Shown: positions 35,012 to 36,010 of the stretch, one piece after another
Layout of the letters: every line of letters starts with the position of its first letter
Numbering within the stretch: position 1 is the first letter of the stretch
From: Calditrichia bacterium
GTDB lineage: Bacteria > Calditrichota > Calditrichia > RBG-13-44-9 > J075
NCBI GenBank assembly: GCA_050633245.1
Contig: JBOEGD010000045.1
Location: forward strand, 1-36,010
Length of the DNA: 36,010 nt
Direction of reading: 5' to 3'
The notes under the pieces: generated by a model
Database searches by the model: none
Told to the model about the DNA's origin: nothing
The model's input: the letters and a program-made list of their open reading frames with translations, nothing else
Made by a program: the position numbers and the translations under genes

Positions 35012-35163
35012 TGTACTCTTCCTGCTGCATTATTCACGATTGAAATTCTTATCAGGCAATAATTTACGCAGATGTACCTCGAAAAGAAACGGTAGTTTTA
35101 AAAGAAATAGGTAGAATATCTATCCCCTCCTGATAATATTAAAAAATGTGCTTTATTTTTTCG

Positions 35164-35185
35164 AGTGAAATGGTGTTATTTCACT
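35164..35185. promoter_or_regulatory. 8-bp perfect inverted repeat in the divergent tatC/lpxH region
   Basis: AGTGAAAT-ggtgtt-ATTTCACT. Confidence 0.3.
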
Positions 35186-35218
35186 TTCGTTTACAGGCAA
35201 ACGATCCGGAAACGACCC

Positions 35219-35944
35219 ATGGGCCAAACCTTTTTTATCTCAGATGTACATCTCGGTACGAAGAACGCCAGATCAGAAGTAACTAAAGAAAAGAAGCTGC
35301 TGTCTTTTCTGGATCATGTTGCGACCAACGGTGAACGCTTGTTTATTGTTGGAGATCTGTTTGATTTTTGGTTCGAATATCGAACAGTTATTCCACGTGG
35401 ACACATGAAGGTACTTGCAGCACTTACGCGCTTGGCCGAACTTGGCCGAGAAGTTCACTATATTGCCGGCAATCATGACTTTTGGATGCGCGACTTTCTG
35501 ACAACCGAACTTGGTATTCCGGTTCATTTCGATGGACAGGAGTTCAATATACACGGTAAGCGCTTTTACCTGCATCATGGCGATGGCATTAAGAAAAAGG
35601 ATGGTGGCTATCACCTAATGAAGCGCGTCTTTCGTAATCGCACCAATATTTTCCTCTATAGCCTGCTTCACCCTGACCTTGGAATTCCTTTGGCAAAATG
35701 GGTTGCTCAAACCAGCCGAAATCATAATGACCACGATGGCCCGCCCGACGACACCGATCATCAGGAAGAAGCTCAGCGTAAATTCCAGGAAGGATTCGAC
35801 TACGTTATTTTCGGGCATTTACACTTCCCGATCATTTTGCCCTATGGAGAAAAGAAGTATGTTAACTTGGGAGATTGGATCGAGCATTTTAGTTATGCTC
35901 GCTTTGATGGTGAACAGTTAGAGCTGTTGCGTTGGGAGAAGTAG
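35219..35944 (+). CDS. lpxH: UDP-2,3-diacylglucosamine diphosphatase (calcineurin-like metallophosphoesterase)
   Basis: SDVHLG; GDLFDFWFEY; GNHD; HGD; FGHLH; NLGDW. Start moved to ATG 35219; the ORF track starts at 35165. Confidence 0.88.
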   Translation: MGQTFFISDVHLGTKNARSEVTKEKKLLSFLDHVATNGERLFIVGDLFDFWFEYRTVIPRGHMKVLAALTRLAELGREVHYIAGNHDFWMRDFLTTELGIPVHFDGQEFNIHGKRFYLHHGDGIKKKDGGYHLMKRVFRNRTNIFLYSLLHPDLGIPLAKWVAQTSRNHNDHDGPPDDTDHQEEAQRKFQEGFDYVIFGHLHFPIILPYGEKKYVNLGDWIEHFSYARFDGEQLELLRWEK

Positions 35945-35988
35945 GATGAGACTTTTTGCATACGATCTATTGAATAATTGACAGCTCG

Positions 35989-36010
35989 GAGTTCAGAGTT
36001 CAGAGTTCAG
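35989..36010. repeat. Heptamer tandem array (GAGTTCA)x3, identical to positions 1-22
   Basis: GAGTTCAGAGTTCAGAGTTCAG runs to the last base of the window. Confidence 0.9.

Noticed and set aside
34193-35160. tatC without adjacent tatA/tatB
   Set aside because: Dispersed tat genes are common; absence from this window is uninformative.
1583-35921. Other short (60-132 aa) overlapping ORFs in the six-frame track
   Set aside because: Nearly all lie within or antisense to longer genes with clear family motifs; there is no independent coding evidence.
1-36010. Plasmid or prophage interpretation based on terminal repeats, the TA pair and the 'recombinase'
   Set aside because: No rep, par, relaxase, terminase or capsid genes; core housekeeping genes on both flanks; the terminal repeat is a simple heptamer array.

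Overview
A 36 kb bacterial chromosomal segment. A C-terminal 'QNFPNPFNP...WD...SGIYFYRL' domain together with regular Shine-Dalgarno use suggests an FCB-group organism such as Calditrichota, KSB1 or Ignavibacteria (inference). Both flanks carry core genes: an ABC-2 transporter, pyrD and thyX on the left; a GT9 heptosyltransferase, apbE, a polyprenyl synthetase, tatC and lpxH on the right. Between them lie about 24 kb of mostly unrelated accessory genes: a RHH/MazF-type toxin-antitoxin pair, a Gcr-type membrane 'recombinase', a secreted cyanophycinase, an ECF42 sigma with a DGPF protein, beta-propellers, SulP, a macrodomain, ABM, GyrI-like, a serine hydrolase, an NTF2-DJ-1 fusion with a membrane AraC, and several DUFs. 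I found no rRNA, tRNA, CRISPR array, transposase or integrase. The most unusual signals are non-coding. (1) A dispersed composite repeat (short-period tandem units followed by a TCGA-N8-TCGA palindrome; 5 copies, one degenerate) often supplies the stop codon of the preceding gene, and two 31-bp copies bracket a single ORF like a cassette. (2) A perfect 17-bp inverted repeat locks the RBS and start of an orphan, possibly pseudo-tyrosinase-fold, gene next to the TA pair. (3) Two regulator genes appear to be leaderless. (4) Identical 22-nt heptamer arrays sit at both window ends, most likely an assembly break. Family names come from motif recognition only; no searches were run. Several CDS starts were moved downstream of the ORF-track start, as noted in each entry.
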